A stretch of DNA of 58,683 nucleotides, taken from NCBI GenBank assembly GCA_037442485.1, contig JBBIQE010000005.1, forward strand, positions 1-58,683. The letters are read 5' to 3'. A program made the position numbers and the translations under genes. Source of the stretch: Candidatus Methylomirabilis sp. (lineage in GTDB: Bacteria > Methylomirabilota > Methylomirabilia > Methylomirabilales > 2-02-FULL-66-22). Under the pieces are notes generated by a model. That model was given only the letters and a program-made list of their open reading frames with translations, did no database searches and was not told where the DNA came from. How positions within the stretch are numbered: position 1 is the first letter of the stretch; each line of letters begins with the position of its first letter. Of the stretch, positions 9,433 to 18,842 are shown piece by piece.

Positions 9433-9551
9433 GGCCGCGCGAACGCGTGGCGGGCAGTCGATTCGTCAATGGGTCGAATGGCGGGTTCGGAGTTTTTCAG
9501 GGTCTCCGGTTCTTCATTATCGACCATGTGACCCATTGACCGGTGGACTGC

Positions 9552-10301
9552 CTAGCCGCCGCCTTTGCCGAGGTAGGCCTCGATGACGAGGGGATCGCGG
9601 CGGATGGCGGCGGGATCGCCCTCGGCGATCCGCACGCCATGGTCCAGGACCACGAGGCGCCGACACACCCCCATGACGAGCGGCATATTGTGCTCGATGA
9701 GAACGACGGTAATGCCGTCCTGGTTCAGGCGGCGGATCAATTCCAGGAGCTGCTGCGATTCCTCGTGGCGCAGTCCCCCCGAGGGCTCGTCGAGCAGAAG
9801 CAGCGAGGGATTCAGGGCCAGCGCCCGTGCGATCTCCAGCCGTTTCTTGAGGCCCAGAGGCAGGGGACCCGCCGGCCGGGTGTGCCCGGTCGTCAACCCG
9901 ACCCGATCCAGCAGGCCGCGAGCCGCATCCAGGTTGGCGCGCGTGCGGCAGGCTGCGGTGGACGCGCGGATGTGGGGGTAGTACCGATGGCCATGAGCGA
10001 CCAGGACGTTGTCCGTGAGAGAGAGGGTGGGAAAGGGCCGGACGATCTGGAAGGTGCGGGCGATCCCCCGGCGGGCGATCTCGTGCGGCTTCCGGCCCTG
10101 GATCGGCTCTCCGCGAAAACGAATGGTCCCCCGGTCCGGCGGGAACAGCCCCATGACGCAGTTGAACAGAGTGGTCTTGCCCGCGCCGTTGGGGCCGATC
10201 ACGCCGAGGATCTCCCCCTGGCGCACCTCGAGGCTGACGTCCTGCAGGGCCGTCACCCCGTCGAACTCTTTGGTCAGATGCTCGATCTGGAGAAGCGCCA
10301 T
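9552..10301 (-). CDS. livG: branched-chain amino acid ABC transporter ATP-binding protein
   Basis: MALLQIEHLTKEFDGVTALQDVS..GPNGAGKTTLFN...IEAYLG is the LivG pattern. ATG 10301. Confidence 0.9.
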   Translation of the reverse strand: MALLQIEHLTKEFDGVTALQDVSLEVRQGEILGVIGPNGAGKTTLFNCVMGLFPPDRGTIRFRGEPIQGRKPHEIARRGIARTFQIVRPFPTLSLTDNVLVAHGHRYYPHIRASTAACRTRANLDAARGLLDRVGLTTGHTRPAGPLPLGLKKRLEIARALALNPSLLLLDEPSGGLRHEESQQLLELIRRLNQDGITVVLIEHNMPLVMGVCRRLVVLDHGVRIAEGDPAAIRRDPLVIEAYLGKGGG

Positions 10302-10390
10302 CGTTGTCTCGAAGACTTTCAACCTAGAACGGGCAACCGACAACCAACCATGCACAACGATCGGTTCTCCGGCCGCAGGCGGATCGGTTT

Positions 10391-11287
10391 TCAACTTTCT
10401 ACCGGCGCTGCGCTGCGTCGCCGTGTCTTCCACCCGCGAATCAGGAGGCTGCCCTCTCCGAGGATGCCCTCGGGCTGAAAGCGCATCAGGAGGAGCAGCA
10501 ACACCCCGTACAGCAGCGTGCGATACTCCATCGCCGGCCGGGAGATTTCGGGCAGCGCCCCCAGGACGATGGCACCCAGGATGGGTCCGCGGAGGGTGCC
10601 GATTCCTCCGAAGACCACCATGGAGAGGATGACGATGGACTGGCCGAAGCCGAAGTTGGCCGGCATGATGAAGGTGAGGAAATGGGCGTAGAGGCTTCCC
10701 GCCAGGCCGGCCACGGCGCTGCCCAGCGTGAAGGCGAGGACCTTGAACCGTACGATGTCTATTCCCATGGCCCCTGCGGCCTCCTCGTCCTCCCGGATGG
10801 CGGCCCAGGCCAGGCCGATCCACGAGCGCGCGAGCCAGCGATCCACGCCGACCACTGCCAGGATCACGCCGAGGATGAGGAGGAGGAATCCCGGCTTGCC
10901 GATCTCCTGGCCGAACAGACTCGGAGGATTGATCCCCCCGATACCCATGCCGGCACCGAAGAAGGGCACGTAGAGGAACGTCGCCTCCACCACGAAGTTG
11001 ATGCCCATGGTTGTGATGGCCAAAAAGTCCTCGCGCACCCGCAGGCAGGGGATTGCCAGCACCGCCCCGACCAGGCCGGCCACGAAGCCGGCGCAGAGGA
11101 AGGCCGGCCAGAAGCCGAATCCGGCCTTGGTATAGAGGAGCGCCGAGGTGTAGGCCCCGATCCCCATGAAGGCGGCGTGGCCGAGGGAGATCTGGCCCGC
11201 ATAGCCCGTGATCATGTTCAGGCTGAGGGCCAGGATCACGTAGATGCCGATGGTGATCAGGACGGTAGTCAGATATCCGCTGAACAC
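10391..11287 (-). CDS. livM: branched-chain amino acid ABC transporter permease
   Basis: LSLNMITGYAGQISLGHAAFMGIGAYT is the LivM signature region. GTG start at 11287. Confidence 0.9.
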   Translation of the reverse strand: MFSGYLTTVLITIGIYVILALSLNMITGYAGQISLGHAAFMGIGAYTSALLYTKAGFGFWPAFLCAGFVAGLVGAVLAIPCLRVREDFLAITTMGINFVVEATFLYVPFFGAGMGIGGINPPSLFGQEIGKPGFLLLILGVILAVVGVDRWLARSWIGLAWAAIREDEEAAGAMGIDIVRFKVLAFTLGSAVAGLAGSLYAHFLTFIMPANFGFGQSIVILSMVVFGGIGTLRGPILGAIVLGALPEISRPAMEYRTLLYGVLLLLLMRFQPEGILGEGSLLIRGWKTRRRSAAPVES

Positions 11288-11309
11288 TCGAAAGAGACCT
11301 CGGACTCAT

Positions 11310-11404
11310 CCGCAGATTTACGCAGATTTCGCAACCCCCCCTCCCACCCCTCCCCCTCAGAGGGGGGAGGGCACGGGTGGGGGTGAAGTCTGCGTAGTCT
11401 GTGG
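11310..11404. repeat. GC-rich palindromic intergenic element, family 1, copy B
   Basis: CCGCAGATTTACGCAGATTTCGC - CCCCTCCCACCCCTCCCCCTCAGAGGGGGGAGGGCACGGGTGGGGGTG - AAGTCTGCGTAGTCTGTGG. It lies between livM and livH. Confidence 0.65.
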
Positions 11405-11417
11405 ATTCATTGCAGTC

Positions 11418-12275
11418 CTATCCTTTCCCAAGCAGGCCGTGGGGCCGGAACATCAGGACCAGGATCATGGCGACGAAGGCCAGGGCATCCCGCGGGAAGG
11501 GGATGGCCAACAGCCCGAGGAGCAGGGTTTCCGCCAGCCCGATGAGGAACGAGGCCAAGACGCTCCCCGGGATGTTTCCCAAGCCTCCCAGCACGACGAT
11601 GGCCAGGCATTTGTACGCCGGGACGCTGCCCATGGTGGGCCAGACCTGGTTGTCGTAGACGCCGATGAGGACCCCGGCAGCCCCCGCCAGGGCGGAGCCG
11701 ATCAGGAAATTCAGCGTGATGACGGCGCGCGTGTTGACGCCGAAGCTGGAGGTGGTCTCCGCGTCCATGGCGGTCGCCCGCATGGCCAGGCCCAGCCGGG
11801 AGCGGGACAGGAGCAGCCAGAGCAGCCCCAACAGCGCCACGGCCACGACGAGGATCAGCGTCTGCGGGCCGGTCAGATGCATGGGGCCCACCCTCAGGCC
11901 CCCGAAACGAATCTCCGCGTCGTAGGCGAGTGCATACGGCCCCGCCACGATCCGGAACGCCTCTTCCATGGCGATGAAAAGACCGATGCTGGCGATCAGG
12001 GGAACAATCCGAGGGAGATGGAGGAGGGGCGCGTAGAGGAATCGCTCGATCAGCACGCCGGCCAGGGCGCATCCAGCCATGGCGATGACCAGGCTGAGCC
12101 AGAAGCTTGCACTGGCCCGAAACGCCCAGAGACCCACATAAGCCCCCAGCGCGTAGACGCCCGCGTGCGCCACATGGAGCACCCGCAGCACCCCGTAGAC
12201 CATGGTGAGGCCGAGGGTGGTCAGGGCGTACACGGCCCCCGTGGCGATACCGTTCGCGAGCTGCTGCCAGATCAT
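11418..12275 (-). CDS. livH: branched-chain amino acid ABC transporter permease
   Basis: MIWQQLANGIATGAVYALTTLGLTMVYGVLRVLHVAHAG is the LivH pattern. Confidence 0.9.
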   Translation of the reverse strand: MIWQQLANGIATGAVYALTTLGLTMVYGVLRVLHVAHAGVYALGAYVGLWAFRASASFWLSLVIAMAGCALAGVLIERFLYAPLLHLPRIVPLIASIGLFIAMEEAFRIVAGPYALAYDAEIRFGGLRVGPMHLTGPQTLILVVAVALLGLLWLLLSRSRLGLAMRATAMDAETTSSFGVNTRAVITLNFLIGSALAGAAGVLIGVYDNQVWPTMGSVPAYKCLAIVVLGGLGNIPGSVLASFLIGLAETLLLGLLAIPFPRDALAFVAMILVLMFRPHGLLGKG

Positions 12276-12294
12276 CCGGAAAGAAGCCCCGAAA

Positions 12295-12396
12295 CCACAG
12301 ATTCCGCAGATTGCGCGGAATTCACCCCCAGCCTGTCCCTCTCCCCTCTGAGGAGGAGGGGTGGAAGGGGGGTCGAGGAATCTGCGAAATCTGGGG
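12295..12396. repeat. GC-rich palindromic intergenic element, family 1, copy C
   Basis: CCACAGATTCCGCAGATTGCGCGGAATTCACCCCC..CCCTCTCCCCTCTGAGGAGGAGGGG..GGGGGG..GAATCTGCGAAATCTGGGG. It lies between livH and the binding-protein gene. Confidence 0.6.
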
Positions 12397-12482
12397 TTGA
12401 TTTTGAGGGTCTTCCCCCGGCTGCGGACACGGGAAGGCGGGGGGCCGAGCCGGTCGGCTCCCCGCCTGGCTGTCCCTGCCGG

Positions 12483-13652
12483 TCACTGCACCGGCGGCGT
12501 GATGACCTCGGGATTGTTCACCACGCCCTGCCGCCGGAACTTGCCGTCCTTGACGATCTGGAACTGCACCGGCTTGACCACCTCGCCCTTGACGAAGCGG
12601 CTGATCTTGCCGGTCAGGCCGTTGTAGTCCTTGGTTTCGAGCAGGGCCTTGATGACGGCCTTCCGATCGGTGCTCCCCGCGCGCTGGATGGCATTCACCA
12701 GGATCATGAAGGCGTCGTAGCTGCTGGCCCCCACCATGTCGGGGTCAATCCCATAGGCGGCCTTGTAGTTCTTGAGGAAGTTCTGCACCACGGGCCGGGG
12801 ATCATCCCGATCCAGGTTGGTGGCAATGATCACCCCCTCCGCGTCCTTCCCCGCCAGCTCGATGAACTTGGGGGAGTCGAATCCCTCCTCGCCCAGGATC
12901 TGGACGGTGATCCCCAGCTCCTTCGCCTGGCGCACGATCAGGGCGGCCTCGTTGTAGTAGCCCGCGGCGAAGATCAGGTCGGGCTTGGCCTCCTTGATGC
13001 GGGTGAGGAATGGGCGGAAGTCCTTCTCGCCCGGAAACTTGTACACCTGCTGGGCCGCAAGCGTGGCCCCGAGCTTCTCGGCCCGCTTGATGAATCCGGC
13101 CGAGATCTCCCGACCGAAGTCGTTGTCCATGTAGATGACGGCCGGACGCTTTGCCTTCAGGACCTTGACGGCGTACTCGCCCGCCGCCGCACCCTCGACT
13201 TGGCCCAGGAATCCGTTGCGGAAGTTCGACTCGCCCGCCTTGGTGACGTCGGGGTGGACGGCATAACCCGCCACCATGGGGACGCCGGCCTTGGCAAAGA
13301 TGGGGGCGGTCACGCGCGTCGGCCCACTGTAGGAGCCGCTGACCACCCCGACCACCTGGTCCTTCTCGATCAGCTTGTTCGCGATGGCCACCGCCTCCTG
13401 CGGGCTGAAGCGATCGTCGTAAACGATCAGCTCCACTTTCTTGCCCGTGATCCCGCCGGCCCCGTTCACCTCTTTCAGGCCCAGTTCCACCGCGTGCTGG
13501 GCGCTGGCGCCATCCGCGGCCGCCGGGCCGGTGATCGGCGCGAAGAAGCCGATCTTGATCGTCTCCTGGGCCAGGGCCGGGGCGGCCGCCAGGAGAACGA
13601 CCGCGGTCAGTGCAAGCAGCTTTCCCATTCCCCTTCCAGCGTTGTGGTCCAT
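12483..13652 (-). CDS. LIV-type (family 4) periplasmic substrate-binding protein
   Basis: Signal peptide LLALTAVVLLAAAPALA. IKIGFFAPITGPAAADGASAQHAVELGLKEVNGAGGI is typical of Leu/Ile/Val-binding family proteins. ATG 13652 is preceded by AAGGAGGAG. Confidence 0.85.
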   Translation of the reverse strand: MDHNAGRGMGKLLALTAVVLLAAAPALAQETIKIGFFAPITGPAAADGASAQHAVELGLKEVNGAGGITGKKVELIVYDDRFSPQEAVAIANKLIEKDQVVGVVSGSYSGPTRVTAPIFAKAGVPMVAGYAVHPDVTKAGESNFRNGFLGQVEGAAAGEYAVKVLKAKRPAVIYMDNDFGREISAGFIKRAEKLGATLAAQQVYKFPGEKDFRPFLTRIKEAKPDLIFAAGYYNEAALIVRQAKELGITVQILGEEGFDSPKFIELAGKDAEGVIIATNLDRDDPRPVVQNFLKNYKAAYGIDPDMVGASSYDAFMILVNAIQRAGSTDRKAVIKALLETKDYNGLTGKISRFVKGEVVKPVQFQIVKDGKFRRQGVVNNPEVITPPVQ

Positions 13653-13796
13653 GGGCGACTCCTCCTTTCCCCTCACCTCACCATCGAGTGGCCCCCGCGA
13701 AGCGGCGGAGCGAGTTGGCGACACGAGCTCCCGCGACAGAATTAGGCCACGGATCGATCCGGTTCGTCAAGGACCCCGCCGGGATCATCCCCCGGA

Positions 13797-15326
13797 TCAG
13801 GCGAGCGGGCCCACGGCCTCTTCGACGGCGGCCAGGAGGCTGCCGTCCGCGAGCAGCGGGAGGATCCGATCCAAATCCCCCCGGAGGACGCGGTCCTCCT
13901 CGAGGTGGGGCACGTGGGCGCGGACCACCTCGTAGGCCCGGAGGGCGCCCCGCCCGGGCCGGAGCGGACGCCGAAAATCCAGGCCCTGGGCGGCGCAGAG
14001 GAATTCCAGCGCCAGGACTGCCGCCAGGCGATCGGTCACCTGGGCGGCCTTGACGGCGGCCAGCCAGCCCATGCTGACGAAGTCCTCCTTGCTCCCCGAG
14101 GTGGGGATCGAGTCCACGGAGGCTGGCGAGGCGAGCACCTTCGCCTCGGACACGAGGGAGGCGGCGGAGATCTGCGCCGCCATGAATCCCGAGTGCAGGC
14201 CGCTCGACTTCACCAGGAACGGCGGCAGCTCGCTGAGCTGCGGGTTCACCAGGCGCTCGATGCGACGCTCGGACATGCCGCACAGTCCCGCGAGGGCCAC
14301 GGCCAGAAAATCGAGGGCCAGGGAGATCGGGTGGCCGTGAAAGTTCCCTCCCGGCAGGATGTCCCCCGAATCCGCGAAGATCAGCGGATTGTCGGTGGCC
14401 GCGTTCAGCTCGCGGGCGAGGGCCGCACCGGCAACGGCCAGGGTATCCCGCACCGCGCCATGGACCTGGGGGATGCAGCGGAGGGTGTAGCTGTCCTGGA
14501 TCTTGCCGCAGTCTTTGTGGGAGACCATCACCTCCGAATCCTGGAGCAGTTGCCGCAGGTTCCGGGCCGAGGCGGCCTGGCCGGGGTGCGGCCGGACGCG
14601 CTGGAGCCGGTCGTCAAAGGGCACCTGAGAGCCGCGCAGGGCCTCCAGGGTCATGGCCCCGGCCACGTCGGCGAGCTTGACCAGGCGTGCGGCTCGCGCG
14701 AACACGAGGGCGCCGATCCCGGTCATGCCGCAGGTCCCGTTAATCAGGGCCAACCCCTCTTTGGCCTTGAGGCTGAGCGGGGCGAGGCCGGCGCGGCGGA
14801 GCGCCTCGGCCCCCGGCAGCCGCTCCCCGCGGACGCGGGCCTCTCCCTCGCCGATCAGGACGAGGGCGAGGTGCGCCAGGGGGGCCAGATCGCCGCTCGC
14901 CCCCACCGAACCTCGCTCGGGGATGATGGGGTGGACGCCGCGGTTCAGCAGCTCGCAGAGCAGCTCGATGACCTCCGGCCGGACGCCCGAGTAGCCCTTG
15001 GCCAGGACGTTGGCCCGGAGGAGGATGGTGGCCCGCGTCTCGGCCTCGCCGATGGGAGCGCCGATGCCGATGGCATGGCTGCGGAGGAGGTTCCGCTGTA
15101 ACGCATCCCGGTCCGCGGCGCCGACGAACACGTCGCTCAGCGGGCCGAAGCCGGTGCTTACGCCGTAGATGGGGCGCGCGGTCGCCAGGGCGGATTCGAT
15201 GACGCGGCGGGCCGCCTCGACCTTGGGGCGGGCCGCCGGATCCAGGCCCACGGCCTCGCCGTGACTGGCCACCCGCTCCACATCGTCCAACGTCAGCCGT
15301 TCACCGTCGAGGAGGATGGGCGACAT
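13797..15326 (-). CDS. hutH: histidine ammonia-lyase
   Basis: GSVGASGDLAPLAHL (ASG MIO-forming triad) and overall HAL pattern. ATG 15326 (MSPILLDG). Confidence 0.95.
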   Translation of the reverse strand: MSPILLDGERLTLDDVERVASHGEAVGLDPAARPKVEAARRVIESALATARPIYGVSTGFGPLSDVFVGAADRDALQRNLLRSHAIGIGAPIGEAETRATILLRANVLAKGYSGVRPEVIELLCELLNRGVHPIIPERGSVGASGDLAPLAHLALVLIGEGEARVRGERLPGAEALRRAGLAPLSLKAKEGLALINGTCGMTGIGALVFARAARLVKLADVAGAMTLEALRGSQVPFDDRLQRVRPHPGQAASARNLRQLLQDSEVMVSHKDCGKIQDSYTLRCIPQVHGAVRDTLAVAGAALARELNAATDNPLIFADSGDILPGGNFHGHPISLALDFLAVALAGLCGMSERRIERLVNPQLSELPPFLVKSSGLHSGFMAAQISAASLVSEAKVLASPASVDSIPTSGSKEDFVSMGWLAAVKAAQVTDRLAAVLALEFLCAAQGLDFRRPLRPGRGALRAYEVVRAHVPHLEEDRVLRGDLDRILPLLADGSLLAAVEEAVGPLA

Positions 15327-15440
15327 GGACACCTCTCGGGCAGTCTCCCCCGCAGGATAGTCCCTGGCGAGATTTCCCGTCAACGAGAAAGCGGCCTCAC
15401 CCGAGTGCCTGGTGGAGCGTGACACCAGGGGCGGGAGCGA

Positions 15441-17867
15441 TCAGGAGTCGGCCGGTGGGGGGGCGGGGGAGGCGCCGCTCTCGCGAAAGCTCCTGGCCTG
15501 CTCGGCCAGCTCCTTGAGGCGGCGCTGCACGAGGAAGTTCACCGTCCCCTCGGGGTAAACGCCGCCCTCGCCGGCTTCGCCCGCGGGGACGCCGGTGAGC
15601 AGTGCGATTCCCTCGTCAATGGTCCGGACGGGATAGATGTGGAACGTCCCCTCGCGGACCGCCTCGACCACATCCTCGCGCAGCATGAGGTTGCGCACGT
15701 TGCTGGCGGGGATCAGGACCCCCTGATCGCCGGTGAGGCCGCGGGCCTTGCACACGTCGAAGAAGCCCTCGATCTTGGCGTTCACCCCGCCGATGGCCTG
15801 CACCTCGCCGCGCTGGTTGACCGATCCCGTGACGGCCAGGCCCTGCTTGAGGGGCAGGCCCGACAGGCTGGAGAGGATGGCGTACAGTTCGGCCGAGGAG
15901 GCGCTGTCCCCCTCCACCTCCTCGTAGATCTGTTCGAAGGCGATGCTGGCGGACATCGAGAGCGGGACCTCGCTGGCGTAGCGGCCGCCCAGGTACCCGG
16001 AGAGGATGAGCACGCCCTTGCTGTGGATGCGGCCGCCGGTCTTGGCCTCGCGCTCGATGTCCACGATGCCGCCCCGGCCCAGGAACGTCCGGGCGGTGAT
16101 CCGCGAGGGCTTGCCGAACCAGTAATCCCCCAGGGGGATGATGGCGATGCCGTTCACCTGGCCGATGACGGCGCCCTGGGTGTCAATGAGCAGCGTCCCC
16201 TCGAGGATCAGCTCCTGCAGCAGCTCCTCGACGCGGTTGGACCGGAAGATCCGAGCGCGAATGGCGGCCGTGACATCCTCGGCCGTCACCCGGTCGCGAC
16301 CGCCGCGCTCGGCCCGGAAGCTGGCCTCCCGCGCCACGTCCAGAATCTCGCCGAAGCCGGTGGACAGCCGTTCCTGATCCTCCACCATGCGGGAGCTGTG
16401 CTCCACCAGCTTGGCCACACCGGTGCGGTCGAAGGGCAGGAGCTGCTCCTCGCGGCACGAGGTGGCCAGGACCCGGGCGAAGGCCTGGATGTTTTCCGGC
16501 GTTCGGGCGACGTGATACCCGAAATCCACCTTGACCTTGAACAGTTCGGCAAACTCGGGATCGTAGGTGTAGAGCAGGTAGTAGAGCCAGGGGCTCCCCA
16601 GCAGGACCACCTTGACTTCCAGGGGGATCGGCTCCGGCTCCAGCGTCACGGTGCTGATCATGCGGAACTGCTCGCCCGGCTCCTCGATCTTGATGCGCTT
16701 GTTCTTCAGCGTCCGCTTGAGGGGATCCCAGGAGAAGTACTGCTTGAGCAGCTCCAGGGCCTCCACCACCAGAAAGCCGCCGTTGGCGCGATGGAGCGCC
16801 CCCGCCTTGACCATGGTGAAGTCGGTGAACAGGGCGCCCATGTGGGCCTGGTGCTCGATCCGGCCCAGGAGGTTGGCGCAGGTGGGATGCGGCTCGACCA
16901 CCACGGGCGCGCCCTCGCCGTCGCTGTGCTCGACCAGGACGTTCACCCGGTAGCGGTCGAAGGGGTCGCGGCCGAGCTGGGCCAGCGCCAGCATCTCCAT
17001 AGGGCCGGCCTGGCCGCTGGCGGCCTTGCGGAAGAGGTCCGCGTGGCCGACGACGTCCTCCCGCATGGCGTCGAAGTGGGCGAGGATCTCCGGGCTGTCC
17101 CCGTACTTGTCCCGGATCTCGTCCATGAGGTGCCCGACGACGGAAGAGGCCACCTCGCGGTCCAGGGCCTCCAGCCTGGCCTTGGATTCCTTCTCGATCT
17201 CGCGGAGCCGGCGCAGGGTGGCCGCCACGTCGTTCTGGACGGCCTCGTGGCGTGCTTTGAACTCCTGTCTCGCCGCCTCGTCCAGGCTGTTGAGCGTCTC
17301 CGGGTCGAGGGGCTTGCCCCGCAGGACCGGCACCGCCATGAGTCCGCTGGGGGTCTTGGCCAGGGCGAAGCCGCGGGCCTCGACCCGTTCCTTCAAACCC
17401 TCCAGCTCCTTCGACTGTCCCTGCTCGGCGGCCTGGGTGATGGCGTTCTTCTGCTGCTCGTAGGCCTCGGTTTCGAAGGCGCGAGGGATACCCGTCTTGA
17501 GGTCCCCGATCAGCCGCTCGCAGTCGCTCTTGAACACGCGGGCGCGACCCGGCTGCAGCCGGATGGCCTTGGGCCGGTGCGGGTCGGCGAAGTTATTGAC
17601 GTAGCACCAGTCGGGCGGCGTGGGGAGCTTGGCCGCCTCGCGGCTCAGGAACCGGCGGACGGCCGTGGCCTTCCCGGTGCCGGGCGGGCCCAGGACGAAG
17701 AGGTTGAAGCCGGCGCTCCGGATGCCGATGCCAAAGCTGATGGCCTGGACGGCCCGGTCCTGCGCCACGATCTCCTCCAGGGCTTCCAGGGCTTCGGTGC
17801 TTTCGAAGGGGAGGCTCTCGGGCGGACAGATCCGTCGCAGGGCCTCCGGCGCGAGTGGTGCGGTCAT
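15441..17867 (-). CDS. Lon-like (LonB-type) AAA+ ATPase/S16 protease family protein
   Basis: Walker A GPPGTGKATAVR. The C-terminal region (GGIHSKGVLILSGYLG...VTGSVNQRGEVQAIGGVNAKIEGFF) resembles a Lon proteolytic domain. 808 aa. Confidence 0.85.
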   Translation of the reverse strand: MTAPLAPEALRRICPPESLPFESTEALEALEEIVAQDRAVQAISFGIGIRSAGFNLFVLGPPGTGKATAVRRFLSREAAKLPTPPDWCYVNNFADPHRPKAIRLQPGRARVFKSDCERLIGDLKTGIPRAFETEAYEQQKNAITQAAEQGQSKELEGLKERVEARGFALAKTPSGLMAVPVLRGKPLDPETLNSLDEAARQEFKARHEAVQNDVAATLRRLREIEKESKARLEALDREVASSVVGHLMDEIRDKYGDSPEILAHFDAMREDVVGHADLFRKAASGQAGPMEMLALAQLGRDPFDRYRVNVLVEHSDGEGAPVVVEPHPTCANLLGRIEHQAHMGALFTDFTMVKAGALHRANGGFLVVEALELLKQYFSWDPLKRTLKNKRIKIEEPGEQFRMISTVTLEPEPIPLEVKVVLLGSPWLYYLLYTYDPEFAELFKVKVDFGYHVARTPENIQAFARVLATSCREEQLLPFDRTGVAKLVEHSSRMVEDQERLSTGFGEILDVAREASFRAERGGRDRVTAEDVTAAIRARIFRSNRVEELLQELILEGTLLIDTQGAVIGQVNGIAIIPLGDYWFGKPSRITARTFLGRGGIVDIEREAKTGGRIHSKGVLILSGYLGGRYASEVPLSMSASIAFEQIYEEVEGDSASSAELYAILSSLSGLPLKQGLAVTGSVNQRGEVQAIGGVNAKIEGFFDVCKARGLTGDQGVLIPASNVRNLMLREDVVEAVREGTFHIYPVRTIDEGIALLTGVPAGEAGEGGVYPEGTVNFLVQRRLKELAEQARSFRESGASPAPPPADS

Positions 17868-18091
17868 GATGGTGGTCCCCTCTCCCCGGTGCTCGACCCC
17901 CGGTGCCGCCTTGCCCAGTATTGTACTTCATATCCTGCTTCCCGTCTCGGTGCAAGAGGCGGCCGCCATCCGAGGCCCGGATCGTCCGGAATCCCTGACT
18001 GGCGCAAGCCGCCCTCATGCCTTCGCCCTTGCAATCCATCCGCCTGGGCATAGATTGGTGGAGGGAGAGGTCCTGGGCGAAGGAGGGACCC

Positions 18092-18799
18092 ATGAAACGG
18101 CGGACGGTGCTGGGCGGGGCAGCGGCTGCGGCGGGGATGGCCTCGTTGATCGTTCGGCGCAAAGCGGGAGCGGCGGGGCAACCCGGGACCGGGAGCTCTT
18201 CGACAGACCGGCCGGACATCTCCCTGCCCCGACCGAACCTCAAGGGCGAGATGAGCCTGGAGGAGGCCATCGCCCGCCGGCGGTCGGTCCGAGAATTCAT
18301 CCGCCAGCCGCTCACGCCGGCCCAGATCGGACAACTGGTCTGGGCGGCGGAGGGCATCACGGGGAGGGCAGCCTCCCTCCGCGCCCATCCGTCCGCCGGC
18401 GCCTTGCATCCGCTGGAGATCTACCTGGTGGCCCCGGAGGGGATCTTTCATTATCGGCCGGAGGGGCATCGCCTGCTCCTCGTGCGTCAGGGCGATCACC
18501 GATCCGCCCTGGCGGAAGCCGCGTACGGCCAGGGCTTCGTGGCCGAGGCGGGTTGCGTCATCGCCATCCTGGCCGTCTATGCGCGCACGACGAGGAAGTA
18601 CGGGGACAGGGGCCGGATGCGCTACGTCCCCATGGATGCGGCCCATGCCGCGCAGAACGTCCTGCTCCAGGCGGTGGCCTTGGGCCTGGGGGCGGTGCCG
18701 GTGGGGGCCTTCGACGACGCCGGGGTCCGCACGGTCCTGGGGGCGCCGGCGGACGCGGTGCCGCTCTACCTGATCCCGGTGGGGAAGGTGAGGGGCTGA
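18092..18799 (+). CDS. SagB/ThcOx-type nitroreductase-family protein with twin-arginine signal
   Basis: MKRRTVLGGAAAAAGMA is Tat-like. RRSVREF...PSAGALHPLEIY...DAAHAAQNVLLQAVALGLGAVPVGAF is nitroreductase-fold. AAGGAGG lies 5 nt before ATG 18092. Confidence 0.75.
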   Translation: MKRRTVLGGAAAAAGMASLIVRRKAGAAGQPGTGSSSTDRPDISLPRPNLKGEMSLEEAIARRRSVREFIRQPLTPAQIGQLVWAAEGITGRAASLRAHPSAGALHPLEIYLVAPEGIFHYRPEGHRLLLVRQGDHRSALAEAAYGQGFVAEAGCVIAILAVYARTTRKYGDRGRMRYVPMDAAHAAQNVLLQAVALGLGAVPVGAFDDAGVRTVLGAPADAVPLYLIPVGKVRG

Positions 18800-18842
18800 G
18801 GGACGGAGGGAAACGGAGACACGGAGACGCCGAGAGTGGGCG

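Noticed and set aside
15441-17867. The Lon-like protease as BrxL of a BREX defence system.
   Set aside because: No PglX/PglZ/BrxA-C-like genes are nearby. The neighbours are hutH and a nitroreductase. The layout fits the common stand-alone LonB-like family.
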